Source: Camelus ferus (taxonomy: Eukaryota). Taken from it: DNA of 64,000 nt. The position numbers and the translations under genes were made by a program. Where the stretch lies: contig NC_045696.1 of assembly GCF_009834535.1 (NCBI RefSeq), positions 32,552,001 through 32,616,000 of the forward strand, given 5' to 3'. The notes under the pieces were generated by a model. That model did not search any database, had not been told where the DNA came from, and was given only the letters and a program-made list of their open reading frames with translations. Within the stretch, counting starts at the first letter, position 1. The number at the start of each line of letters is the position of its first letter. Positions 27,370 to 39,863 of this stretch are shown here, one piece after another.

Positions 27370-27760
27370 TTGTTTTCCCAAAGGAGAAATGAGAGAGGAA
27401 AATGAAATGGATTGAATAAGAGACGAGGATTAATTAAAGATGACCAATGTTTTTGACTTGAGCTTCTGGATGGATGCGAGTACCATTTTCTAAAATAGGA
27501 GAAAGTAGACAAGGTGAAGTTTAACTTACAGATGTTGGTGAAATTGGATAAAATCAAGAGTTCAACTTAGGAAATGTTAAGTTTGAATTGTCTCTGTGAC
27601 TTCAACGCAGAAATGTTACTTAGAAAGTTCAGTATCTGTCTAGAGTTAGAAAAGGAATATTACTAGAAATAAGGATGTCTGATTCGGAGAATAGTTACAG
27701 TTATCTCAAGAGAAAATAAAAGAAAGACCAGTGCCTTGGAGAAAGCCCTTGGGATCTTCA
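27370..27760 (-). mobile_element. L2 LINE relic
   Basis: GACTTGAGCTTCTGGATGGATG..CCATTTTCTAAAATAGG..ATCAAGAGTTCAACTTAGGAAATGTTAAGTTTGA, typical of L2 antisense. Confidence 0.65.
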
Positions 27761-28463
27761 TCATGATAAATCAATCCTCCCATTAAGTGTGATTTTAATA
27801 AAATTTTTACTTTCAAATTTCATGTTATCATACTATTCATGTTATCATGAAAGCCAAATGAAATCCCTTAGGAGTATATTCATTTTTATAAAAATCTGTA
27901 GGATAAAGGTGGTTGTAATAAAACTATACTAGGTTATCACCTGTAGTAAACAAGTTACCCCCAAATCTCTCTTAATTTCCAGAGACTTACACAACAAAGC
28001 CTCTTACCAGCAGTCTACCTGCAAAGTGTTTTGATTGTTTTAGGTTTTGTACTCTTCTGTAGGTCTTTGTTGGATACGGAAGTCAATAGATAATCCTATA
28101 ATATTTCATTGACATCTTTAAGGACAGATTCTTTTCATGTTAGACTGGAGGCTATTTAAAACATATTGAATGTAAAAAAAAAAAAAAAGTTAGAGATAAC
28201 AAATATGCTCATCCATGAAGCCATCCTCAACCTTTATGCCAGTGGGAATGTGATCAAAATTTAAGTACAGTATTTTTGAGGCCAGACCTGGCTTCAGAGT
28301 ACTACTCTATACCCTGCACATCACACAGAGAAGGTTATTTCAAACTCTGATTTTTAGTTGAAAGGTGAATCCCATTTATCATCCCCCACAATGATTTTAA
28401 TGTGCAGTTGTCAAACAGTAGTCAAATAACTATTTCATAGAAAGCATTTATTGTGATGGACAC

Positions 28464-28837
28464 TGTATTCATCTGCTAGGAGGTACCATAACAAAATACC
28501 ACAGAATGGGTGGCTTAAACAATAGAAATTTATTTTCTTATAATTCTGAACGTTGGAAGTCTGAGATCAAGGTGTCAGCAGGTTTGGATTCTCCTGAGGC
28601 CTCTCTCCTGGGCTTGCAGATGACTCTCTTATCCCTGTGTCCTCACATGGGCTTTCCTCTGTGCACATTCCTGGTGTCTCTTCCTCTTATAGGAATACCA
28701 GTTCTATTGGATTAGAGCCCACCTATTTGACCCATTTTAACTTATTTACCTTCTTAGAGCCCCCAGCTCAAATTACTGTCATTTATGGGGTTAGGGCTTC
28801 AACATATGAATTTGAATTGATATTAAATCCAATAAAA
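28464..28837 (-). mobile_element. MLT1A-like MaLR solo LTR
   Basis: TGTATT..CCATAACAAAATACCACAGAATGGGTGGCTTAAACAATAGAAATTTATTT..GGAAGTCTGAGATCAAGGTGTCAGCAGG..CCTCACATGG..GGGGTTAGGGCTTCAACATATGAATTT. Confidence 0.85.
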
Positions 28838-28889
28838 TGATTATTAAAATATAATCTTTCTCTCAAATACTCCCCAGTCAGTGTAGCAC

Positions 28890-28990
28890 AAGTATATGTA
28901 TGTATATATTCAATATATGCATTATGTGTATATACACATACGTGTGTATATATGTGTGTACATAGACACATACGTACACACGTATATAAA
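28890..28990 (+). repeat. Mixed (TA/TG/CA)n low-complexity repeat
   Basis: Read directly from the sequence. Confidence 0.8.
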
Positions 28991-31751
28991 TTATAGAAGT
29001 TATTATGAAGTAACTTCTTTATAAGTATAAAGTGTTCTTAGAGTGTAGACATGTATCATTAATAAGTAGAGAAATGAGAGTAGGGACCATAGGAGGATTT
29101 AGAAAGGAAAGATAAGAGGACTATATATTTAAAAATAACTAGACACCATACTACAGGATGACAGGTGCCATGTACAAGGGGTAGAGAGAATAGGTTTAAA
29201 TCTTGGCACCACTGACTGTATAATCCAGATCAATTAGTTCTTCCTATATATAAAAATAATAACTTAAATTTTTGATGGAATTAAGTTATGTGATATAGGT
29301 AAAGGGGCCTCAAGTATTCCTTATTATTACCCGTGGGTTAAGTGGAAATAAAAAGTGGGATACAAATAGAAGGACAACAAGGAGTGTACATTGTTAATAT
29401 TTTCTGAATAATTCAAAAAAATCAGCCTCTCCCAATCTTCTCCCATGAAAGTATAGTAGTAGCTCAGCTGCTCTCCACTAAGACATAATCTGTCATTTCC
29501 CAGAGTGATTGATCGCTCACCTCTTCCCACAAGTTGATTGCATTATGGCAGCCCATAAATTTCACTGCTCTTGTAAAGCCTTGGGATGCCTTGTGACATC
29601 TCGCCCAGATTTTAAAGCTGCCTCTCATTCACTGAACCACAAAAAGCTAGCCTTGTCCTAGAATGTTCACACAGTAGGAGCTCAGTAAAGGCCAGCTCTC
29701 TCAGTACCAAAGCAGCACCAGGAGAAAAGGAGTATCACACTGCCAGAACTCTCTGGTCCCTACCATGAGAGCTGGTTCTGTTCCCATCAAGGAGTTTGGC
29801 CTAACATTAATGCAGTTTATTAACAAAAAAACACTGAGCATTATTAATTATATTCCAGACATTGTACTAGATACTATTACAGCTCCTTCAGAGCAGAATC
29901 AAAGATTCTCTAAAGCACTGTTTTCGTTAGCCTTCACCTTTTTCACTTTGTGGGATAAGTTGTATATTTATCAGTCTTTTATAGCATTCTCAAAACCCAT
30001 GTAACCATGCCACTATTAAAACTAGAGTCATTATAAGAATGATTGTATAACAAAGTAAAAATCTCATTCTAAATGGTAATCTGTGCCCTAGCTCTCCAGT
30101 CAAACTTAGTAGCTACTAGAATTGTTGGCATAGCTACTAGGGTTGGCTGCACGTCCAGCTATTGCAAAAAGAGAGAAAAACATACCCATCATTGCTGACA
30201 TGACTTTATTATTTCTAAAAAAGTATAGATTTGGAAGCATTTGAACCTATTAGCTAATTATTATAAGAAAAAGAGTTTAGCATCAAGTATGTGAAACCTA
30301 TCATCAATAGTGATAGATACTCTACGTTTAAGTGAGCGACACTTTATTATTTCATGTAATGATTCAAATCATTCAGCTGTTTAAGAATGCACTGTTTAGC
30401 TAACTCATCCTGGAGGACCAAATGAGGGCAAAGCTGTCAAAATCACATGGTACATAGGGTCAGATTGTACCACTAATAATTTTTATCATAAAATGTTCTT
30501 ATTATGTTTTATGTTGCAAAACTAGGAACTCAAGAACTTGTACAAATTTGTTTGCATATATTGTTACTTTCTCAAGAAGTTCATTCTTCTGAATGGTAGC
30601 AGAAGTCCTGGGTCTCTGTGCAGGCAAAAATAGAGCAGATTCCACAGTGTACCTAACAAACAGGTACACTGCCTCCTAAACACATATTTACCTTTATAAA
30701 ACGCCTTTGGCCCAAAGTTCAGAATATAAAAATGTCATGCATTCACTAAAAATTCATTTCATCCCAGTGTCCTGATAGCATCTATTCTCTGCTCTGAAGT
30801 AATCTTCCTCTTTTCTACTTAGTTATTTAAATTGTCTTTTACAAATTATAAGTTTAAGATTTCTTGGATGTAATATCCAAAATTGAAGAAAATTAAGATG
30901 GAAAATAGTTAAAATTATAACACAACTTAAAAGGAAACAATAATGTTGAGTAAGATGCAGGCAAGTCATCACATACTTGTTTTTGAACAGATGTGTTCTG
31001 ATTAAATGTAGAGGAGAGACATATTCAACCTGGGGTCAGTGTGTAATTGCGAACTTCAGGAAGATCTGGAAGGAGGCTTACTGAGCTGGGCCTGAATTAT
31101 ATTATTATGAGAGAAAACCAATGAGAAACGTTCTCTGCTTTAGAGGATTATTTGAGGAAAAGCACAGAAACACAAGCAAAAGATCAAAGAGAGATGCAAG
31201 AGAATAAGTCAGTTTATGTGATAGCTTTACTACCAGGGTGGAAGTCCTAGACTGGACATAACAGACAATGGACCACTTTTATGAATTTTCTTATTCCATG
31301 GCTAAAGTCAAACTTGATGATTGATATATATATATATATATATAATAGAGACAGAAAGGAGATGAGTAAGGAAAGAAGAAAGGAAGGATCTGCTCTATTC
31401 AAACATTTAACCCAATGTTACCTAGATGCCTTAAAATTTGTAAGGTCTTTTTGTCACATCTAGGTTGGGTACATACAATATTGGCAGCCTTAGGCAGACC
31501 TATCAACGCTGCTACATATCCCAAACCCAGGCCCACATGTGGCTTAGGATCAAAACTGTGAGATGTAGTGCTTTCCAAGTCATCTTTCACCTTCAACCTC
31601 CTCCTCCTCCTCAAAAAAAAAAAAAAAAAAAAAGCCTCACTTTTTAAAAACCAGGTTGGATGAACAAGAACCAAGATCTCTATCTTATACTCTCAGCATA
31701 CCAGACATCTAAATCTTGGGATGAGAATATATAGGTAAGAATGATTTCTAA

Positions 31752-31816
31752 CTTCAGTCCTGTTTCTTCCTTCAGTCCTGTTTCTTCTCTGTCCAGTTTC
31801 TTCTCTGTCCAGTTTC
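31752..31816 (+). repeat. Compound tandem duplication: (CTTCAGTCCTGTTTCTTC)2 followed by (TCTGTCCAGTTTCTTC)~1.8
   Basis: Units at 31752-31769, 31770-31787, 31788-31803 and 31804-31816. Confidence 0.9.
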
Positions 31817-33869
31817 CCAGCACCAGAAGAGATGACCATATATAGAGAAACTTATACTTCTTAGGGGAAGGTTTCGTTTTCTTGGAATTAAATATCACAC
31901 ACTATATAGACAGTAGTAATGTGATTACCTGGAATATACCTGACCATGGCAGCTCATAACACAGGAATAGCTCTTAAGAATGTCCTCAATTATATTACTC
32001 CATTGCCTTTATGCTGAAGTCACTAGGATATAGATTTTTATATACCTAAGAAGGTGATCTGATAAGGATGTTCTTCAAAATTCTGGCATCATGCTGAGCA
32101 AATCTTAGGTGGGCCTGTTGTTTGTCAACCTTGACATCTCTTTCATTTTTTAAGGTAATTAATCACCTGCAGAGATACTAAGGTTTGCCTGGCAATTTTA
32201 CGTTTTGAGTTGCAACTTTAATAGCACCATCCAGATTTTATTTAAGTGGGAATTCAAATAAACAATTAAAACAGCTAATCATGCCACCTCCGTCTCTTCC
32301 CCCTTGATAACAGATGCAGAAAGCATTTCTGCCTTCTTTCTTTTCATCCTTCCCAACATATTCTTCTTTTTTTTTAAAAAAGTTGACCAGAAGAAAGATA
32401 CCCTAAAGATATATAACCTAGCATTTGTTAACACTAGAATGTGTTTACAGAAATAAAAAGGATATTACTATCATTAAAGTATACCCAGAGATGATTCATT
32501 GGATTAAAAGACCAAAAAAGGATGGTAAAGGTAGTAAACTGAGCTGCAGATTACCAGCTGCAGTTTACTCACAGACATTCAGAATTATAAATGATAACTA
32601 CTTTGATGAGGTCATTTCCCTGCTAACATCTGTCTATCTTTGCTGATGAAGCACAGATCATATAATCAAATGGAAAGAAGTGAGTCGAATGAGGCCAGAG
32701 AAGGTAAATGGAGCATTGTATAATTCAAGGTGTAGTCAATGGAAAAAGACATTTTTTGAGACATGTAAGCCAAGACTCTCTGCATATTGAGCAGTGAGAA
32801 ATATGTCATAAACCATCTTTCTCTATCAAGGTTTTATATTTGACATTGTCTATATATTCTTTTTCATTGTCTAAGCTTTTTATGATTAAAATGAAAATGA
32901 AGAGATTTCGTTGTTTCTTATGTTTTAATAAGTCTGGAAGTAGGGATTCAAATACCTAACAAAACATGTTTTGTTGAATATGTTATTTTGATGATTATAT
33001 ATGTACATATATACATTGAAGTTACTCAAGTAAAATGAATTATTTGTTATAATAATGCAGAATTTCATTTGAAAACTTTTTTTTTCAATTTAGTGATAGC
33101 AGATCTGTAATAGAAAAATATCCAGCAAATGGATAGTTTTTTGCAAATATTTGTTCAGTGCTAAGCACTTGGAAATTTTGGCATGGTGATTTTATAAAAT
33201 TCAAGCTGCTATCGATGATTGTTTGAATTATACAGTGCAATGGATGGCAGCAATTAACCAAGAAAATATGAAGTAAATTATCCAAATAATTAAATCAGAG
33301 CCTAAGCTGTAATTACATATTGAAAATCCACTTGCAACATTTAATAAGCTTGTTTTATTTTTTGTTATAGGAAGCTGTCTGGTATCATGTAAAGAAGGCT
33401 GACCTAGCAACTAGGGACCCTCAGTTCTACTGTCTGTTCCAAAACTAACCTATTTAGTGTCTGATTTCATCACAGGTTCTTTGGTTTTAAAATAGGAAGG
33501 CATTTGAGGAATGCTTAGGCCCTTTCCATCTCAAAAAGTGTTATGAGTCTTTGTAACACCTGTAAACCAACCAGCCACAAAGAGGAAGCTCCACTTTGTC
33601 CAACATGTTATGTATTATTTATACTGAAATAGCAGATCACTGGTGTGCATTATAATTAAGACAATCAGTATTTGGACATGCATTGAAAACTCCAGCAAAG
33701 TCCTTAGCATGGAGATCACAAGTCATCTCCACATTCATTGAATTGGCTTTTAGAAGTAATTGGCCCAGATAGGTAGGGCAGTATTTGCCCAATACCAATT
33801 CAGTGGCAGGGCCAAGGCTGATCTGGAGACCACACTTGGACAAACCACTTTTCTGCATTTCTCCTGGCC

Positions 33870-34262
33870 AACATGGCAGTCAATAGACATACGTGTTATG
33901 TAGAACATTAAATGGAGCCAGTGAAATTGTAGAACCAGATTTTTAGTTTTGTTCAATTTACACAAGTTTAAAAACTATTAACTTGATTTAGTTATTAGAA
34001 AACTTTAAAGTATGTTAGGAACTTGGGTATGTGAATCTATTTTTCAACTGTACCTTTTATGAAACCCACAGATCAGGTCTTTCTCATGAAAAATTAGTAT
34101 CCAAGTTGAGATGTTATACAAATTGAGAATCTGAAACACACTAATCTTTTAAGACAATTACAAAAAAAGCAAAATACCTCATTGTTAAAAATATTTACCC
34201 ATTGAAAATGATAATGTTTTGAATAGGATGGATTAAATAAAACATTGAAGTTAAAAAAAAAA
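33870..34262. mobile_element. Charlie1/MER33-like hAT transposon fragment
   Basis: TATGTGAATCTATTTTCAACTG..GAAAAATTAGTATCCAAGTTGAGATGT..AAAATACCTCATT..GATAATGTTTTGAATAGGATGGATTAAATAAAA. Confidence 0.6.
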
Positions 34263-36939
34263 AACGATTCATTCTGCCCTTTAGTGGCAGGGCCAAGGAC
34301 GTGAACTTCATGTGGACAACTACTACACAATATGGACAAAACAGTGTTAGATCATTCTTTATTTATGAGCCTGATCTCAGTTCCAAGAACTGTGTTGTAT
34401 GTAATCCAGCCTCACCTTGCCACTTGTTGCATTAACTAGGGCAAGTTATTTTATTTTTCAAGAATTAGTTTCTTTTTCTATAAAATGGCCCTTGCTTCAT
34501 AGTATTCTAGAATGACTGAAGAAACTGCACTTTATAGTGGACCTACCATGGTGCTCACCAGACAATAAGTGCTCAGTAACTGAATTCAGTATTATTATGA
34601 TAAAAAATAATGGTTGTGAAAGGAAAACAGGATAAGAGATGAAGAGTGGCTGACATGGATAATTTAATTCACATCCTCTCCCATCATATTCCCTAAATGA
34701 TTGCTCTGCTGAGGAGATGGAATCCCTGGAGTTCCCCCCTCCCCCAGCAAATTGGCTCATTTCCATTTGTTTGTGTTTTTTGCTTTCACAATTGTTCAGG
34801 AGTATACTCTTAGAGTCTGGTAGGGGTGTGCTTACTCAAGCTTTATGCATTCTTTTTTAAGTTAGACCAAACAGCTTATCTTTGTTCCACAGAACAGCAT
34901 ACAGTACAGAAGAGTGTGGACTATTACAGAGAAAGCCTCTAATTCTGCTTGGAAAGATTAAGGCACTGTTGAAAAATGAACCCTTTGTCTAGCCACAGAC
35001 CAGGGAAAACACAAGCCCAGAACACTACCTTCTTCCTGCCTTCTGTGCTGCTGCTCCGTGGCCTGCCCGAAAGGCACTGCCACTCATTGACTGCCCAGCC
35101 CCTCCCCAGGCCTCAGGGGTGGTGCTGCAGCAGGACTGATAATTCTCTACCATTGGGAAGAGAAGTGGACCCTCCACAACATGTTTGTTTCTGTTTTGAA
35201 AAAAACCTACCAAGAGAGTCCCCATATTATTTACCTACGGCAGCTGTATAGAGCGTACAACAAGTTGGAGAATAATTTCAGACCCTTTCAATGTTTTTTT
35301 TTATGTTAAAAAGGATCACAGGGGACCCATCTGAGATTTTGGAGGGGGACTTAATAAATAAGCTGGCATCTATCTCTGTTCCCTTGACACCTTAGGCAGT
35401 GTGTTGCGTGAGACTGTGGGCCCCAGACCTTCTCTGTGGCACTATTAAAATCAACACACACTGCCTGATTAAATCACAGGTGATTTGGATTTCACGTTGC
35501 TGACAGCTTGCTTGGAACTCTCATTTAATCCTTACATTCATCAGAAAACTCGACTGAATTCACCCTCTTTCATTGAGTTTGAGCAATTTCCTGTTATGAC
35601 CTCAGAGATAACATGCCATCGTCTTAAGATGTTTAGCTAATATGAAACTGTTTTAGCCTGTGGCTTTGCCTTAGGGGAAATGTGCACCACTCTGGCCAAC
35701 ATGAAGGGGAAATCTGCAGCAGTGAGAGCTCGACAGTCTAATTAATTATTTAGAGGTTTCAAGGGGGAAAAAGAAGTCTGGAGTCCCAGAGTTCCCATTT
35801 GCAATGCATTAAATAATCAGAATAATAATAAGAAAAAGTAGAGGGAGACTGCCCTGGCTGTCTGGAATGTGTAAGATGTAATTTAAGGGCCAAAATTAGA
35901 AATAACCTAGGATCTTAAAGACAATTTTAAGGCTGAAGGTTATGGGAAGGCAGATCCTTCTAGAATTGTAATACTATTTTTTCCTCCTTTTGTCTTTATT
36001 TTTATATCTTGAAATGTCTGCAGAGCTTCACATCCTTGCTTCCTAAATTGCCTTCATGTATTAGAAGTCTTTGGCTGGGCATATAATTAAAGAGTCCAAA
36101 TGTGAACACCAGGGAGAAAGGTGTCTAATAAAGTAAGTGGCAAATGTGAATTAGTTAAAAGTAGGTCACGTCATACATTGTAATAGCCTCCTTTGGCATC
36201 TCTCCTAACTTAGGAGATAAAAGTAATGAAAGGATGCTGCACACTTAGATCTGAGAAAGGCGTTTGTTATAGTGCTACATTATAAGTGCCTATAAATTAG
36301 ATAAATAGCTGAAAGAAAACCTGGTCATAGAGAGGAAGCATAATCAGGAAACCCAAGCCCTCTAAGTAGAGAGCTGCAGGGAGTCCTAAGGGGTCAGTAT
36401 TAGCACATGTTAAGTATTTTGTTAATGACATGCTCACATCTGTGGAAGACATTTTCTGATACCAGAATCAAATTATCCAGGAAACACACGGAAAGACAGA
36501 GCAACCTGTGGAGTTAACAGTAGTGAGATGAAAGTCATAATGAATGTAAACTAATGTTAAGATAGAGAATACAGAAAAGACAAATGTAACGGAGTACCTG
36601 GTTGAAAAACTGAATTGAAGACACATGTATGATATCTATGGCAATTAATTTTGTATGGCTCTTATACTTTAGAACAATTGCATGCATTAGAGAAATAACA
36701 GGAACCATAGATATAGACATACATTCACATAATAGAGTTTTTTTCCGTATACTTCCAGTATGTGAATAATCAGTAGATGAACATTAAGAAATAAGAACAG
36801 ATACTTGATAGAAGAAGAAAGACAAAAATGGCTAATAAGCATGTTTACTACTCTTTAGCTATTAAATAAATTTAAATTAGAAATCTTTTTTACTAAAAGT
36901 AAGAAAAAATGATGAAAATAGTAATAGCAAACATCACTT

Positions 36940-37130
36940 ACTACATACAAGACATTGTACTAAGTGACATATTAACTTATTTAATAATCATCACACTCTT
37001 AGGAGGCAATGATTATCATAGGCTTTTATGAGTGAGGGAGGAGTGGGGAATGAGTAGCATAAAGACACAAAACTTACGATGAAATTAACAATTTGAACTC
37101 AAGTAGTCTGGTCCCAGCATTTGTGCTTTA
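36940..37130 (-). mobile_element. MIR relic
   Basis: CATTGTACTAAGTG..ATTAACTTATTTAATAATCATCACACTCTTAGGAGG..ATTTGAACTCAAGTAGTCTGG. Confidence 0.55.
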
Positions 37131-37315
37131 GTTTATGACTTTGTGCTACAACTATCCAGTGTTTCTGGAGTTGAGAAGATAAAGGCTACATCACATATTT
37201 TAGATTGAGACTATAAGCTATGAATTGGTTCTGATCTAATTAAGGAAAATTCACATGAGACTCTGATACGGGACAGAAGTTCAAAAGTTTAGGTCCATGG
37301 TCCATTCATTGAGAT

Positions 37316-37502
37316 CAGTGATTCTTGATGTGTTGTCTCCACAAGAGCAACACAGCGGTACCTGGGATTTTGTTACAGGAGAAAATTCTTAGAACCTAGC
37401 TCAGATATATTGAATCAGAAATTGGCATTAGAGCCTGGTGATCTGTGTGGTAACAGTTTCTCTGGGAGATTTCTGGAACACTTTTAGGTTTGGGAGTCAC
37501 TG
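37316..37502. mobile_element. MER5A-like hAT-Charlie MITE
   Basis: CAGTGATTCT.. terminus, CCTGGGATTTTGTTA..AAATTCTTAG..TGAATCAGAA, end ..GTTTGGGAGTCACTG. Confidence 0.75.
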
Positions 37503-37679
37503 CTAGATAGCACAAGCTGTTTCCTATTGGCAAATTAGATCATTGCAAATCAAAGAAATGTGTTCTTTAAATTTCCTAAACTCATATGCAAGATTTGAAA
37601 AACAGCTCATTGTATTGCTATATCCCAAACTCCTCTTTCCACCAAAAAAAGTTTCCAATATTACAAAGCAAAAGACAAA

Positions 37680-38140
37680 AATTCTTAACTTGACCTAAAG
37701 AATCTTACTTTCTCATTCCTCTCCCTTCCTCTCTAGGCTCCTCTTGAACTAAGCTCATCTTGGCATTCTTCATTCCAGCCACAGGTGGTTCAGTCCCCTG
37801 AGGCCACGTCATTTCCCTCCACAGGTCTTTCAGCATACCTTCCCCAAAGTTAATAATAATTTTGACCTTCTTCTCTACTAAACCCAACTCAGTCTTAGAT
37901 TTGAACTTAATGATCATTTCCTTAGAAAATCCTTCACTGACAGCTGTGACTAGCAAGTCCTCTTATTTTTTGATTTTATACCTAAAATGACCTCTCTTTC
38001 GAAGCCTGTATTGTGGTTGCATTTGTATAGGTACTGATATGATTAATGTCTTGCCCCTCGAATGGACTGTGAGCTTTGTTTGGGTAGGTACTGTAAGTGA
38101 CCTTTGATCATATGACGATTCATTGAACAAATGAATGCAT
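37680..38140 (+). mobile_element. L2 3' end relic
   Basis: ATCATTTCCTTAGAAAATCCTTCACTGAC..GGACTGTGAGCTTTG..TTGAACAAATGAATG tail. Confidence 0.6.
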
Positions 38141-38349
38141 GCATTACTTCCTTTGTATTTCTTTAAATTCTAAGCATGCAATGATTTATGAATTAAAAAG
38201 TTGATGTCTTTTGCCTTTTCAAGAATTAATAATGAAGTGTCTGTGTAAAGATTTTCTCAAATTTTGTGAAAACAAACAAAAAATCCTTGTCATTTAAAGT
38301 ATTATTCATGGTGTTACCTACCTTTCCTACTATCAGGTCCCACACAATG

Positions 38350-38480
38350 CAGTTCTTTTTGGAGTACCTTTATGGAAATCTGAAGAAAATTCTGTACCCT
38401 CTCCTCAAAAAAAAGTCTACTTTGCATATAATTTCAAAGAACTCACAGACACCCTGAAGTCCAGATAAAAGTATTTTTGC
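38350..38480. mobile_element. MER117-like hAT-Charlie MITE fragment
   Basis: AATCTGAAGAAAATTCTGTACCCTCTCCTCAAAAAAA..TTTGCATATAATTTCA..CACAGACACCCTGAAGTCC. Confidence 0.55.
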
Positions 38481-39681
38481 ATAATTTTGTCCTGTGAAAT
38501 TTTCATTCTTCCGTATTTTGAATTATGTTTTACTGATAGTTATTAATTTAGTAAAAGGACTATAAATCTTAAATTAATTAAATTAAAATGTTTTTGTGAC
38601 TATACACGCTTTTTCATAAAATGAAAAATTTCAAATTTGCAATATCCTTAAATTGCAAAAATAGATACATTATGATTACTATTTAAAAATTTTATCATTT
38701 GTATTATTTTTTCACTTTATTGGAATCAATCTTTGGGACAAGTAGTATAAAAAAGGCATGGCTAAATAAATAAAATTTTTAGAATTTTAAAACTTCAAAA
38801 GTACAAAAAACTTTAGATGTTAACTGTCCAAATATTTTATTTATACATGATGGAACTGAGATCTAAATGTGATAATTGACTCATTAGAGATCAAACAATT
38901 AGGAAGCAGATCTAAAATTAGAGCTCAGTTCTATGACATTTGATGACAACATTTAAAAAATAAATTGGAGACAGATGTACTTTATCAAATGTTAGAATCC
39001 ATAAAACTTAAAATAAATTACTCTGAAAGCTGTTTAAGAAGACTTAAGTTATTCAGGGCAGTCTCATTGGAATGGGACTTTGAAACTATGTGTTCCTTTA
39101 GGAATGCGTCCTGTTTTTGATTTTAAGAGTTTATGTTCTTGACTACATATGTTTTGGTATATGTCATTAACATACTGTTCTTAGAAATGTAATTTCTTGT
39201 TTTCCATATTTAAGGTAAAATTACTCACCTATAGTTAAATAAACAACACTGGGGTACATAAGAAAATAAGTGAATGTGAGAAAAGGAAACACAGATGTAC
39301 TTCTACAACAGAGTTGGAATTAGGACCAAAAAGTTAATGATACCGTTAATGATGATAACTATTTACCATGTATCAGATACTTTAGATAATTTATTATATT
39401 CTATTCTTCAAAGGAAAGCAGATACTATTCTTTGTATATAGGAAAAAAATGAATTGTCAAGAGCATAGCTTTCCCATAGACATAATTGTTAAGTGCTGCA
39501 GATCTGGCCGGTGTTGAGAAAAGCTTTTTTGAACCACTCTGCTACACAAACTATTTAGTCATGTGAGAAAATCACAATTTGGCCTCAGTTTCTTTATAAA
39601 ACATTAGAATTCTATGCTTCTGCTTAAGTGATATGTGTGAAATATGTAAGTCAGTCTAACCTATAATCTTCTCCTGGAAGG

Positions 39682-39863
39682 CAGTGGTTCTCAGACCTGG
39701 GCATACATAAGAATCCAAGGAAAGCATTTTCAAAATGCCTTCTCCTGAGCACTTACTGCCAGAGATTTGGATTTAGGACTAGTGTGGGGCCCAGTAATAT
39801 GCATTTTTATATCCACATCCAGGAGTGATGGTGGTCCCAGTGCCCTTGTAATTAAGAAAACTA
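39682..39863. mobile_element. MER5-family hAT-Charlie MITE
   Basis: CAGTGGTTCTCAGACCTGG..CATAAGAATC..CCAGAGATT..GTGGGGCCCAG..TGCATTTTTA. Confidence 0.7.

Noticed and set aside
32138..32160. TTTCATTTTTTAAG|GTAATT, and similar TTTCCATATTTAAG|GTAAAA near 39214, as recursive sites
   Set aside because: AAG acceptors and non-GTRAG donors are weak, and such motifs are expected by chance in AT-rich introns.
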